64,000 nt of DNA from Euprymna scolopes (Eukaryota): NCBI GenBank assembly GCA_053919585.1, contig CM132794.1; one strand, given 5' to 3'. Shown here piece after piece: positions 24,824 to 38,439 of the stretch. The position numbers and the translations under genes are program-made. Position 1 is the stretch's first letter; the number at the start of each line of letters is the position of its first letter. The notes below the pieces were generated by a model, which was given only the letters and a program-made list of their open reading frames with translations, was not told the DNA's origin and did not search any database.

Positions 24824-27800
24824 CTGTGCCGGCACAAAATAGAACCTTTAAATTGAAAATATCATACCAGCTAGGGTGAGCTCGATAATACAGCATGCGG
24901 ATAAATTGTCAGTATTTTGCTTCCGAAGCATAAATAACCTAAACATTTAGGAATACTTTAACTTACGAGGGATTTACATATCGAGTGCTTTCTGTTCACT
25001 TACACCACGGATGTCGGCGCTCGCGGTACAGAATGGATATCAATTTGCCGAAGTTCGGTTTCAAATGGAATTTCTCTAAAACATAGGCCAGGAAGCGATT
25101 GTCGACCACATCGAAATCTTTCGACTAATCTATATTGATCATTGCGGCTTCTGCGTCGTCTTTATCCTTCACTCTAGGATGGTGCGGTTCAGGTTCATAA
25201 TGTTTTTGATCGATCTCCCCTTCACAGCGTTGTTCTTTCAAGGTTTGACCAAATAACCTAAAACAAACTATTGGCTAGGATACTTTAACTCTCTTCAGCA
25301 GAGTTATGAGCTTGTAGTACAACTAATTCTTTATAAGCAATGAGATCACTCCTTTGATGACTTTACCCGTGATGGATACCTTATCAATCTAATGGTTTAG
25401 CAGATTCGTCATAATCGTTATAAACAGTTCATCTGTCAGACTTCCGAGTCCCGGCCATCTGTTGTAGCTGATCTGCTTCATCGCAACCAGTACCGATTCT
25501 TGTGTCACCCTGGTTTCAAAACAAACCGCTCTAGCATTTTTTTGTACTGGCATGTAAAGCTGGGGTAGGCAAAAACTCCTCGGAATATTCCCCTGACATA
25601 TATCCCGACTCGTTGTCAGGGTAAGTCCATCCAGGTGTTTGGCGCTTGCAATGTACTTGTCCCAACTGCTTTCACTGGCTTCATTGGTTAACTTAATAAG
25701 CTTAGCCTTGTATACCTGCACGTTTTCTGCATAGATAGTTCTAGATTGTCAGAATATCTCCTACCCGTTGCTCTTGTTAGATTTTTTCTAGGTGCTTATT
25801 CGTCTTGTCATGTACTAGAGCAAGGTGCTGAGCGTATCTGACGGAGAAGTCCTTAATCCAATACTTAAGAAAACCCCACTATGCCCTCCCTGTAATCGCC
25901 TCTACTGAAGATATATTTATTAATATCACTAGTTGTCCCATGAAATCTTGTATCTCAAGTTATAATTTTCAGTACCCTGCTGGCTTAGGCCTTAATGGTT
26001 TATTTATGATTGGCCATAGTAATTTTTCGTCCGAAAAATTTGCCAGTATAACTATGCGCATGCTATGCACATGCTGGGCATACTATGCACATGCTGGGCA
26101 TGCTATGAAATCTGTCGCCTCTTCTGATTAGCATCTTAATCAGGTAGATCTTGAGTAGGAAGATGTGCTATTGGTCGATGTTCCCATACCCCTCTTAGGA
26201 TTTTGGATTCGAAACCGGTCTACTATCTAAACAATCGGTATGACTTGTCTCGTACATCTCCGTCCCTCTAGCTTCCCCTCATACCTTATCTATCTTGGGG
26301 TTAAGGATAACGCCCCTATGCCCCACTAGAACTACCTGCTTCGACATTCGTCAGACGGTGATGTGTGGATGATACGCGATGACCCGTAATAAGTACTTTT
26401 AGCGGCAACGTCGACCACAATCGGCTTGCCAATCTTCGTCCGTATGCACCACACTAACCATAGAAGACAGGGTGCGTTTTACCAGCAAGAAGTCACCTTT
26501 TGCCTAGAGATTTCCATATGCTGAGAAAACATCTTAATCTCTAGCCAGCACATGTAAATCCTGGGCGAAACAAGGTGCGTCTCATTTGGTGCAGGTATAT
26601 CCAATCCTAGCTGCAAGAGGTCTCGCCGCAGACGAGCCACATATTTGGAGGACCATCTGCTCCTCGAATTAGGATGCGTCACCTTATGAGTCGATGACCG
26701 ATTCACATCTGTCGATCCTGATTCGTAAGCTCTTCGGTGAGAGGACCCCGACGTTGTACGCCATGATCAGAATTATCGGTTCTTCGGTGTATTGTTTGGC
26801 TGCGGATAATACCGCCGACATCCCGCGGGGAATTGTAGTTTTAAGGCCTTGTACATTGAGGAATGCACTAATACTTGGACTCTTCCCTTGCATCTGGGCA
26901 AAAGTTCGTAGAGGGAAGGATAAGTGTATCTAATTAAGAGGAATGTGTGATATGCTTCTTTCGCTGACGATCTGATGCAGGTCGTCAAAAGAGAAGCGCC
27001 TTGAAATTTTGTGGGGACTTCAACGTCTTTACCCCCCTCATCTGATAGGATAGATCATTATGACTGGTCCACTGTCGGAATACGAAGTGCTTACCGACAG
27101 ATGAGGGTCGATATTGAAGAAACCCTCCTAAGTTTCAAGGGAAGGACTTTGGTTTCTTTTCCTTTTCGAGAATGTGAGGCAGATTGGACATCCTCGTTCC
27201 AGGTTCAACAAAGGTAGGCCGTAGTGATAGGTATGTTTATGCTAGTGTCTGTTGTTGGTGTGTTGAAGTGACTTGTTTTAGAGTTTGGTCTGTGTGAAGT
27301 TGTGGATGCGTTGTTTTTAGTGGGGGGTTTGTTGTGTATGTTCCATTTATTCGGGAGCCTGCATGATCTCAGTGGGCATTAACCGCTCTAGTTGTGTGTT
27401 ATATTTTGTCTTTTGGGTTGATCCGCAAGGAGAATGGCTTTTGATTAAGTTCTTGTCCTGAGCAATTCCCTCCTCATCAGGGAAGTCCGTGTTCTTCACA
27501 TTGCTCTCGGTCTGTTAAGTGCAGTACGTTGTGTGGTTGGTGATTCTGTGTCTGAAGCTGCATCTGCTTCTGCTGTGGATGTGTCTACTGCTGTTGCTGT
27601 TGTAGCGTCCACTGACGATATTTCTGCAACTGCTGCTATTGCCGCGTCTGCTGCTGTGGGCACTGCTGTGTTGTTGTTGTGGGCTGTTGTTTCGGAGGTT
27701 GATGTTGCTGTTGCTGTCACGATTACAGAGTTGTTAGCGGGGCTGTTGCGGAAGTGATAGTCTGATTCCGTTTCCTGCCCAGCACAGTACTCTTTTCCTT

Positions 27801-28300
27801 CTTATTTGTCTCTTCACAAGCAAATATTGTATATGCTGGGAGCTGGGGTTGATGCGGAGATTGTGGTAGTGATAGCAGATTGCTTGGTCTCTGGAACTGT
27901 AGCACTCTTGGTAGTACGAATACCTTTTGCTTTGGTTGGTTCCAAGTTGTCCTGTTCGGACAACGCTTTAACATGTGGTTTACTTTGTGTTACTTTGCAC
28001 GACGACCCTCTACGACTACCGCCATGCTTGTGCTATTGAACGGAAGCACCACCTCCTCAGTGCCACTGTGTAGCAGCCCAGGTGTAGACCAGTTTTTTTA
28101 TCGTACTGGGGTCACCTACTCCACCTCGTCTAACTTGCTGCATAAAGCTCCCAACAACAGAGTTAGTGTATATTCACCTGAAAATATCTCCAAATATAGC
28201 AATTAATACTAAATCCCGGGCATGGAGTTTACTAGAGCTTCACATGTAGCCATTGGAATGCTCTTCCACTCTCCAATTACGACCTAACGGAGCTGGCGGA
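24780..28300 (-). mobile_element. L1/Tx1-like non-LTR retrotransposon remnant (ORF1, APE endonuclease, partial RT)
   Basis: Minus strand: ORF1-like MAVVVEGRR..HMLKRCP with a Thr/Ala-rich linker (27500-27760), endonuclease start AYNVGVL..RLRRDLLQLGLDI..ETH, and RT AMINID*SKDFDVVDNRFL. An aataaa and poly(A) lie at about 24780-24802. Confidence 0.8.
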
Positions 28301-28430
28301 TATATGACATTTATTTAATATTGAAAACGTATTGTACGGGTTGTCCTCACTTTTGTTGTCGGGGATTATGTTTTAATGGATGTATTTTGGGTTATTTTTA
28401 GGCGAGAATAAATTTGCTCTGTTATATAAC

Positions 28431-30069
28431 CTGTGTAAATCGCTTTATTACAGATTAGAAAAATATCAATATTTCCCTAAATATACGTCACAAAAAATAA
28501 AAAAATTGTACCACGAAGGGTTGTTTTTAGTTTAGTTATTTCCGAAAATGTTATTCAAATTCATGCAATTTTAACGAAATAATCTCATGTTATTTATCAT
28601 CAAATACATTTTATTGTCCGTCGGTTTATTGCAGATATGTTACAGTGCCAAACTATCAGGTGAATGAAGGTTATAAAAAAGGAAAGGATAAATGCTGGGC
28701 TCGCAGGATTGCTCATCAAAAATTTAGCCACGCAACTAGAATAGGATCCAAAAATCTTGGCAGCATTCTTGAACAACCCAAACACCAAATCACAAAAAAA
28801 TATGGGCTTCAGGAGAAACCTTTTAGATCGTGATATTGTGAAAATTCGTTGGTAAATACAAACAACACAAGTGCTTTACTTTTTGCAAAAGCTGAAATCG
28901 CTTCAAGATCCAGGCATGCCAGATACAAAGTGTTGAAAGAGATTGCAAGGAACATCAAACTTATTCTAATGCTGCCATTGAGCAAACAGCGTAGGGGAAA
29001 ACGAACGGCTTGGAGACATAATAACATGAAAATAGATATCCAACAGGTTCTATTTTGAGATGACGTCCATGTTACTCTTTACCGTCCGGATAGATGGCCA
29101 AAATTTTGGAACTCGAATCGAACTCCGACCCGTTACAAAGTTCGTCGCAAACAAGTAGGTGGAGGCGTCATGTTTTCGCTTGGACTCATTGGGGATGAGT
29201 TGGTTGGACCATTCTCAGGTTTAGAGGGGGTAAAACTTACCAGCAATGCGTACCCGGCCTTTTTGTATATTCATTTGTTTACATGTCTAGATGGTCTCGC
29301 ATTTTCAGGTCGCTTTCAGATGATTTTTATGCATGGTAATGTACCATGCTATTCTGCTTTGGATGACTGCATTTATTCTTGAATCCATGAAATGCGTTGT
29401 GGAAACTCTCATGACCTGGCCACTGTGTTCTCCAGACCTTAACTCAATTGAATATCGCTGGCCAGTATTAAAAAAAGGAGCTTATGAGAGAGGAGATCAT
29501 TTTATTTCAAGGGATGCTTTGTGGAAGAACGTAGTTTATGTTGGTAGAGCCATAAGCTATTTTAAGATCTTACAATTGACTTCCGCGAGGCACACAATTT
29601 TGTTTCAAGTTATTTAAAAAATAGATGATATATCGATAAATAATTAATTTCATATGAGCCCCGTACGTAGGTTATATTTTTGTTTATTTTTCATTGACAG
29701 AAAAATATAATAAAAAGTAATATTCGCGAGATAATACATTATATGCTATACATTTTTTAACTTAATTTTTATTATTTTAATAATAACTTTCGATTTTTCG
29801 ACGCCATGTGCAATTAAAAAGAAAAAGACGAAAACAGAACCAAATTTAAATTTGCATTTTTAAAACAACCATCGTTTTTGGAAAGGGGAATTCTTTGATA
29901 CAGTATAACATGCTGTAACTTAGTGAATATCGCATGCATTTGACTTAGTTTTTGGAAAAAAAAATCTATCATTAAAAAGGTCGTTTGACGGCATAATTTT
30001 CACTTCGTTGTGAAGTATATTTAGTGACATATTGATATTTTACTAATCTGCACACAATTATTGACACAG
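28431..30069 (+). mobile_element. Full-length degenerate Tc1/mariner transposon, DD37E (TRT) type, with long imperfect TIRs
   Basis: Transposase motifs VLF*DD..TL..PDRW, RRKQVGGGVMF, FMHGN (D>G) and WPLCSPDLNSIE. There are 37 codons between the second D position and E after removing one extra base. TIR core cagattagaaaaatatcaatatttccctaaatatac (28451) matches the reverse complement at about 30015-30050, and the right end is followed by TA. Confidence 0.88.
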
Positions 30070-30351
30070 TAAACGCTGCTGACAGACTACTTTTCATTTT
30101 ATCACAAATCATATTTTAAATGTTGTCCCATGAATAGATATACTTAAACAATTTAGGAAATGTGAGGGGGTATTCACTTTTGTGATACACTGTATGTATG
30201 CCTTGATAGTAGCTTTGTAGATATAATAAATAATCTCTGCCGAGATAAATGTTAAGGAAGTATGTTGAAAAACAGAAAAAAAGACATAGATATAATTTAT
30301 AATATTCCACATGGATAAAAAGCAAAAAATAAAGATCAAAATTCGTTTTTC

Positions 30352-31168
30352 GATGACCTCAAATCAGTAGTGGAATGGGGACAAAAATGGATGGTAACGT
30401 TCAATGCCACCAAGACAAAACTGGTTTCATTCAATAATTACAAGAAACCTTCTCTACCACCTATAGCAATGGCCAACAACTCTTTAGCTGAGAGTACGTC
30501 TTTCAAGCTCCTTGGCCTAACGTTCACAGGAAACATAAGCTGGAACAATTACATCGAGGGCATTGCCAGGGCCGCTGCGAGGAAGGTGGGCTCTCTCTAC
30601 CGTGCTAGAAAACTTTTAACAACCGAAAGTATCCTGTACCTCCATGTATGGAGTATTGCTGTCACATTTGGGCCGGTGCATCGGCTTCTAGTCTCTCGCT
30701 CCTTGACAGGGTTCAAAAGAGAGTCGCAAATCTGATAGGCCCTAAACTGGCATCAAAACTTCAGCCTCGGTCCCATCGTCGAAACGTTGCATCTCTCTGC
30801 CTGTTCTACAAGTATTATAATGGTGAATGCTCTGAAGAACTGCAAGCACTTGTGCCCCCACGACGTGAACACCCTCGACAGACCCGACAAGCTACAAAAT
30901 CCCACCCCCACACTGTAGAGATCCCTAGATGTAAAAGATCTTTCTACTCCAGTAGTTTCTTCCCCAGAACTGCTAGACTTTGGAATTCCATTCCAGGTCA
31001 CTGCTTCCCCAACTGTACTGACATGCATAAGTTCAAGTGCAACGTGAACCAACATCTCGCTGCCCTAATCCCTACATAGTACCCCAGTAGATGTTTCCCC
31101 TGATAGTAGCCCCCTACATTAAAGTGGCAATGTGCCTTGTTTGGGGTGAAAATGTAATAAAAAAAAAG
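30352..31168 (+). mobile_element. 5'-truncated CR1-group LINE, young copy 2
   Basis: Near-identical to 9675-10510. It has a 19-bp deletion near 30643 and the same 3' UTR and poly(A). Confidence 0.96.
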
Positions 31169-32111
31169 TACCTCAGACACATCTCTCTCACACCTTGAGA
31201 CTATACAACATTAAACGAAACAAACCCTTTTATTATCTTAATTAACAAATAAATCTAAGTCAACTCTTTAATGATGTTCGTATTTAAACTAATCAGTGAA
31301 AGGTGGGCTAGAAGCTCCGTCAGTATAAAGTGGTCCGATAAATATAGATGTTAATCTTTTATAGCATATCGTTGATATAAGGAAGAAACAAGGACAGAAG
31401 TAGTATAGAAACTTGAGGCACACCAACATTGATTTCTGTCTGTGCATTTATTTGTGTAGTCTCACATTTTCCAATTCATATTTTATGTAGCAAATTCCAA
31501 GCTATAAAATACGCATATATTACACAAATATAATATCAAATTCCATAATGAGATCAATAACCTGTCAAATGTGTGAAAACACGTCATCGTTACGAGGCTA
31601 TAAATATTGCTTCCTTCGCGTATAAACTTTTTGACGCCCGTGATTAACTAGATATGCATAATTCCATTCGGAATCGGATTGCTAATAAATCTATATGGGG
31701 TTGTGACCGAGAGTTTAATGAGTTACGCTTCAACAAAAAGGCGGAAACTAAGGAAACCGATAAGAAGTAGGACCAATTTCCATTTCGATATTCGTGTTTG
31801 TTAAAATGGTAATTGGGGTCAAATAAATGTATTCTAAAATGTCACACGTTTATCATTGTCAGACTTATACTTATTTGTATGCAAAACAAGATACTGCAGA
31901 TATATCATCATTTCCGTGTTTAAATGTCAGGGAACGCATACTTATTTAGTCAGTAAGAGTTCCCAGAGTGTTTTAGCTTGATTCTGATTTGAATTTAACC
32001 ATATTCAAACTTGTGTAATTGGTCATATTTTCAGTCAAATATTTCGAGAATATTAATGCACTATTACTTGTTTATCTTCAAACATAATTATATTTAAACA
32101 AGAGTTAACCA

Positions 32112-32423
32112 TCACTAGTGACATATGACCGAGAGGTCCTAGACGTTGTATCAAAGTTTACAGTTACACAAACGTGCTGAGTTCAATCCTGAACGAAGGC
32201 AGTGAAAAGTAACATTCAAAACGGAGAATCAGCAACTATGTCCCAAAGCCTAGCTGGAGTCCGAACACGTACCCCCCCCGTATTAATAATAAAGGGTTGA
32301 ATTCGAGACTCCTAATAAACGGTTCCCCAGTTCGATACAAAACACCGAAGGGCAAAACGGCCGAAACGTTGTAACTATAACAACCAAGATGAGGAAGTCA
32401 GTTCGACAATCTCAATAAATAAA
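32112..32423 (+). mobile_element. tRNA(Leu)-derived SINE with 12-bp target-site duplication
   Basis: Flanked by perfect aagagttaacca at 32100-32111 and 32424-32435. A box tgaccgagagg (32126), B box gagttcaatcc (32179), an anticodon-like stem ttgta/tacag, a long variable region, and an A-rich end aataaataaa. Confidence 0.8.
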
Positions 32424-33898
32424 AAGAGTTAACCAAGTAAAATGCAATAATGCGTCTTAGCATTAAGAAGTGTTTGTATTTATAAAACAACACATCTAAC
32501 ATGGAACTTGCCAAGTGTATATATTTTCATTGTCAGGAAAACATACTAAATTAGATTCCAATACATAATCTAGTATTTAACAAATATTTCCAATTAATGT
32601 AGTTCAGCATTTAAAAATGTGTGGAATAATATGCATATCGACATTGCTCATGCCAAAGTCGAATATAGATCTATGTGATGGATTTTCTATCCCTATCAAA
32701 TATTAAAGAAATATTTATTATGTCATTATTTTTTTAGTTCTAGTATAAATAAATATATATCTTAGAAATTGTATAAATGAAAATACGTAAATGACTATTC
32801 CACCACGTGTTTGTCACGAGGATCTTGTCTGAAGTCTAATTCAATACACATTGAATAATCAATTGTGCATGTTTTTTTAACTTGTTACTACTCTCCCCGC
32901 TGAAGCTGTTGTGCCAGTTGTCGTGGTAAAAAAAAATATCGCATTATCACTCTTGCTATTACTTGATGTTAATTACCTTTACGGAATACAGTATTAGATG
33001 GTAAAATATATAAATTAATCACTATTGTGGTGTACAAACCATCTCACTCTGAGAAATAAGTGGGATCACCCAGCCCTTTCAAAGACTAAATAGAGACATT
33101 CATAACATGTTTAACCGCGTGCTACGAACAAGTTCCTCTCATACCACTTGAATGGCTCCCGTTTCTTCATGATTAATACATATTATATTTTGTACACTTT
33201 ACATTACTTGTAGGTTCTTTCATTGGTGACCCCTAGCACGGGCGTCCAACAATAACACAATGTTAATCCTATCCTTACTATTGCAGTTGATTTGAGTAAA
33301 AAGTCCACCTCATTCTCAGGGCAAATCATATCGTTTTGCCTCCAATTGTAGCCGCTGTTTTAATTCTTTCCTTGTAAAATAAGAACAATTATTATCCTTT
33401 GCATGAATGCTTTATGAAAATCGAAATGAAATCGTGTCGGTTTGCATATATCATGTAATTTTTTACATGCATGTAAAACGCAAAAGATATGGACCTTGAT
33501 TCTATTTGATTATCGTCATATATCATGATATAGTGGCTTTATAATTCTGACTTCCTTGCTCTATCAAACATGTTCATTATCTTTCCAAAACTTCCTGATA
33601 TTTTTCAATCTATTATGCCACTCGGAAACAGATGTTCGATTCATAAAACATGACCCAAAATCAGTTTGGAGCAGTTCATACGTTCTTCTATTTTTTAAAT
33701 TTATTGGCGAGTACAATTAGGCTTTACAAGGGTGTATTCCAATTCTTGTCGTAGCCAGTTATTGTAACCTGAAATCATTAAACAATTATGTCTTATTGAA
33801 TAAGAAACGCTTAAACGTACTGAATTTCCATGGGTATGCGACAATTTTAAGTGTCTATACAGAAAGGTTTGTAAAATTATTTACGGAACCTCGTATAA

Positions 33899-33942
<44 letters not shown>

Positions 33943-34099
33943 CTGTCTGTCTGTCTACAGGACACTGCGAAACTCGCTAAATTGTTACGCAAACGAATAA
34001 CTATCACAATGTGTTCATTTTTGTGGGTGCCTGTGTATGTGTCTGTGTATATTATATATGTAAAAAATATACAAATTAGCAACACCCGTTATTTGGCGG

Positions 34100-34341
34100 A
34101 CTCCGCTGAAAAGGCACACCAAAGGGAAGGGATGAACCTTAGGTAAACTGCGCCTTTGTCATGTGGGTGTCTGCCAATTGGCTGATTAAGAATGGCGCGG
34201 AAACTAGGAACCTGATTAGCTAACTAAAAACTCAATAGACTGTCCTGTATAAAAACGCATGAGGACCACAACTCTTCGCATAATCCTGCCTCATCCTAGC
34301 TGGATGAAACGCTGAATATTCTGTGTAGCTTAATTTCCATA
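34100..34341 (+). mobile_element. Hammerhead-bearing dispersed repeat, copy A
   Basis: Aligns with 41085-41328 (attggctgatta..gaaactag..gctaactaaaaactcaataga..atcctag..gatgaaacgc.gaatat..tagcttaa). It runs into an N gap. Confidence 0.8.
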
Positions 34342-34789
34342 NNNNNNNNNNNNNNNNNNNNNNNNNNNNNNNNNNNNNNNNNNNNNNNNNNNNNNNNNNN
34401 NNNNNNNNNNNNNNNNNNNNNNNNNNNNNNNNNNNNNNNNNNNNNNNNNNNNNNNNNNNNNNNNNNNNNNNNNNNNNNNNNNNNNNNNNNNNNNNNNNNN
34501 NNNNNNNNNNNNNNNNNNNNNNNNNNNNNNNNNNNNNNNNNNTTATATGTATTATCAACCGTAGTGTAATTTAACGCTATTCGAACCAATATTTAAGACG
34601 GGTATATATGCCTATACCTTGGCAATAAAGATTACCTTATTTAATGTGTGTGTTTACGTTGTTGTAAAGTTTTATAAATAGATGCTATCAAATACCATTT
34701 TATAGAGGAGCATTACCTTAATGTTCAGAAACACACAGTGTTTCATTTAAAGTAACATAAATATAAAGGAATACTCACGTTCTCTTATT

Positions 34790-37700
34790 TCTTTTGGTTC
34801 TGTCCACTGATCGTGGATTCTTTGTTTTTCCGAAGTATAGGGAGGTGACCCCTAATTGTTCGGACATATAACATTTCGTCTGGTGATAATTCGATGTCCT
34901 GGTTGGGCATGTAACTATGCCATCTGCTTATGTGCTGCCGGATCGTGACATAGCTGGCTGTGACCACCAATGCAGATTATGAACCCTCTTTTAGCTGCTT
35001 TTACCGTCAGTTTGTCTCGGACATTACTTTGAGGACAATGTGTGGATGATATACATTTATTTACGCCCCAGTCTCCTATGATCGATTTATACTCCAATGA
35101 GCCGAATGGTGCCCTCCATCAAATATCTCCTCTCATGCACCATACGTGGAGAGCCAACCCCTCAATTCATTGGATACTGCAGCAGCATTCCCGGATGTTA
35201 ACGTGACAATTTCAATGAAGCCCATGTATCGAGGTGCATATACCATGTAACTTTTCCATGCATATCCAATTCGTCCGAGACAATCTTTTGGATCGTAAAT
35301 TCTGGGGTTGATGATGTCATTAATTGTTCTCTCCCTTGGAACAGGGAAATCGAATAGCATGTTTGGCATTGCCCCCTTGACTGTCGGCACTAGCGTCCCG
35401 ACCAGGCCAAGATAATCTATTCTATTCGCAATTTCTCCTCAATGGCCGCAGCGGCCACGAATCTATCCATGATTATAACTTTCAATTTTGGATCATGAGT
35501 ACGTGGCTGTGCTTGGTGCTTACATGATCCCCTCGATCCGCTGATCAGAAATCGTGGTCTTCATTCTTCTATATCTTTCCGGTGGCGGGTATCGGGAAAT
35601 AGAGTTTTTCGCGGCGTTAAGATTTCCAGAAATGTGTTTGATCCAAAAAATGTACATTAAACCGTTGTTTGAAAAAAAAAAATCAAGCGAGGCTTATTTA
35701 CGTTCCCCGGGTCTGATGTGAGAATATATATACCAGTGGTTGGTGGTCCACTGTAACAAATAAATCTAGGTACCCCAAAACAACATCCTCAAAGACTCCA
35801 ACGCGTATATCGATGCCAGTGTTTAAGCCTCTTTGGGGGATTAGTGAGAATTTGCATTCTTTGAAACCGGGATCAGGCCAAAATCATTTTCGTGTGGTCC
35901 TTACCACAGTCAGGTTCTAGTTCCGTTAGGCATTGGCAGTTTTTCTGAAACAGAAAATACCAGATGCCAATCTTGCTATAGTCCGTTGAGAGGAAAGTCG
36001 CCCTTTTCCTTTAAAATGTTTTGAAGCCCTCCTAGATTTTCTGAACAATGATTTTTTATACTCTTCGAAAAGCACGTTTATAACAGTAGTAAAATAAAAG
36101 TTGCGGTCCTTTGTTCGCAACAATTCTCGAAAGTAGGACATGATAGTGGCCTATTAAAATGCATATGATACGTGATTAATAAATCCAAAACATGACCCGA
36201 TGCCGGTGATGTCGTCGGCGTCAGGGAGCTGAAAATAACTTTAGCCATTTTTAATTGGCCTCACGCCGCCAGCCGTTAGTGAAAAAAAACGACAAATTCG
36301 ACTCCCCTCATCTGCAAATTGAGAATATTGAGGATTTAAATTTTGACACAATGTGTGCCACAAAGTAGACCTCATAGTATTATTCCAGAGAAGGGTATCA
36401 TCAATATCACATATCTACAGTAATGTCCTCGAAAAAGCGAGTGTTTCCTTCCCTAGAGCAGTGGAAACCTTGAGGTGGTGTAAGATACCGATAACGGCCA
36501 CCCTCGGTTATAAATGTGATTGCTGTTGGGGGAAAGAAGTAAACTGTGATATCCGTTCCACGCATCGAACACTGCTTTCTTGGTTCTCTCGTGCACAACA
36601 GCCATTTGATTAAATGGAGACGGACTGTGATGGGTTTCCCTCGTCATTGAGGCATTGAATGTTTGTAAGCCCACCGTCCATCTTAGTTATCCGTTCTTTT
36701 TTGGTGCAATCACTATTCTGGAACAGCAAACCATAGGCGTACCTGCTGGTACTGGCTCGATGATGGCCAACGAAACACCCTTTTCTTAATCTTCTGTCAC
36801 CTTTTCTTACAATGATGGATGACAGTAATGGGTTGTGTACAGCTACTGGTTTCGCTCCGGCGTGAACGTTTTATCGAGTGGTCTCTCTGACATCACACGT
36901 AACGGTTAATGGGAACAAGTATTGAATAAACTTGATTTAAAGTGCTCCCATAATCATTGTTCTAAATGTTCCCTATTATTTTCAATAACAGAAGTCCCGT
37001 AGGTGTGTTTGGAACCGTTTCTCTTTGGGGCATTTACATGATGAACCCCCATTACTTGAGGTTGACATGTCAGCTTTCAATATCTGTGTGAAAAGTCACA
37101 AAGTATTAATTCTAAGTCTTTCACTGCCAACTCAGATAAATCGAATCCCGACGTGTTTTCTGATACGTAAACGACTTGTTTGGTTTCTTTAAGGTCTGGG
37201 TATGGTGTATTTTTGGCAAATTCTTATCTAAAGCGCGCTCAAATTTGGCATGAAACTCAAGTATAAAATATACGTCGGCATTAATGGAGGGTGAAGGTTC
37301 GGGGGGAGGGCTTCTTTTGAATCTACCAAGATGCGCTAATGCTTCTAAGTTCTGGTTTTCTTCACTAAACGCTACTCTTTCTCCTTCTCTACTGCTAAGT
37401 ATGTTTGACTATTTTTGTCGTGGTGAATCACTCGTTCACTTCGTTGCCAATCTCTTTGATTTCCGATACACTTTTATAACGTATCCAGTAATTCGGCAAT
37501 TATAGGGGCTGAGCTCCCCCACCCGACGGTTCTTCCGTCCTTTAAGCCCATTGTTTGTGATGTCGTCCAACACCGTTCACAAGGTTAATTTTAAGGGATT
37601 CTGGGTTCTTCCCTCTCCATAGGTGGTTACTTCTCGGACCTCGTTGAACCAAACGCTGGACGCTCATTTAGGCTGCTTTGTAAATGATGTCGACTTATTC

Positions 37701-38420
37701 GTTTTCTTTAGTCTAATCAGTCTGTGGAATTTCTGTTCATCTATAATCAAACTATTGGCTCCGGCCAAAAACTTGCACTGGTATTATGCATTTGCAAGTC
37801 AAGCTACGAATTGACCAGCCAAAATGCCCTCCGAGTAGGTTATTGATATTCGACAGTTCTCGTTAGGACACTGAACAGTAAAATTAGAAACCTTGTTTGG
37901 GCCGCAGCTATGCTAATAACTTTGCGGACTCTCCCCTTATTACTATCTCGTATTGTGGAATCAATGTTTATGCACCTCTTGATGTAGACCTATCACCGCA
38001 ACGAGTCATATATGCCGTATAAACTGTTCCTCTCTGGCCATATAAAAGTTTCAGTCCTTACAAATTCGAACAGAAGTAAGTTTCCCTCGTTCAAGCAAGC
38101 CGTTTATAATTCCTTTCGTATTTCCATGGGGTCAGTTAACTGCACATTCGTTTGTATTCTCTGCGTATGAATAGCATTCATTCCCTGTGGTGTAACACTC
38201 CTTGATCACAGGTCTGTGGGTTTTTTTAGTGTGGCCTCGGTTGGATACATTTTCCTTGACGGTCGAAGCTTATAGGTTTCTTTCTGTAAATTTATCAACT
38301 GCTGAACTGGTCTCAAGTAATCTTCCTAATCGCTTTTTCCTGAGTCCATTACTATTCCAATTTCAGTAATAAAATAATCCGGTAAAAGTGTTTCTGCTTT
38401 TTTCTACAAGGTACTCATCA
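34790..38420 (-). mobile_element. Gypsy LTR retrotransposon internal region remnant
   Basis: Minus-strand RT motifs LQTFNASMTRETHHSPSPFNQ..VFDAWNGYHSL and TFITEGGRYRYL.PPQGFH..RFFEDIT, with an integrase-like ELRGWLSTYG downstream. Heavily degraded and no LTRs seen. Confidence 0.85.
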
Positions 38421-38439
38421 CTTATCAAGGCCCGGAAGC

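Noticed and set aside
27496-27757. Ala/Thr-rich or Ala/Val-rich ORFs resembling antifreeze, mucin or membrane proteins
   Set aside because: This is a low-complexity linker inside the Tx1-like ORF1 region.
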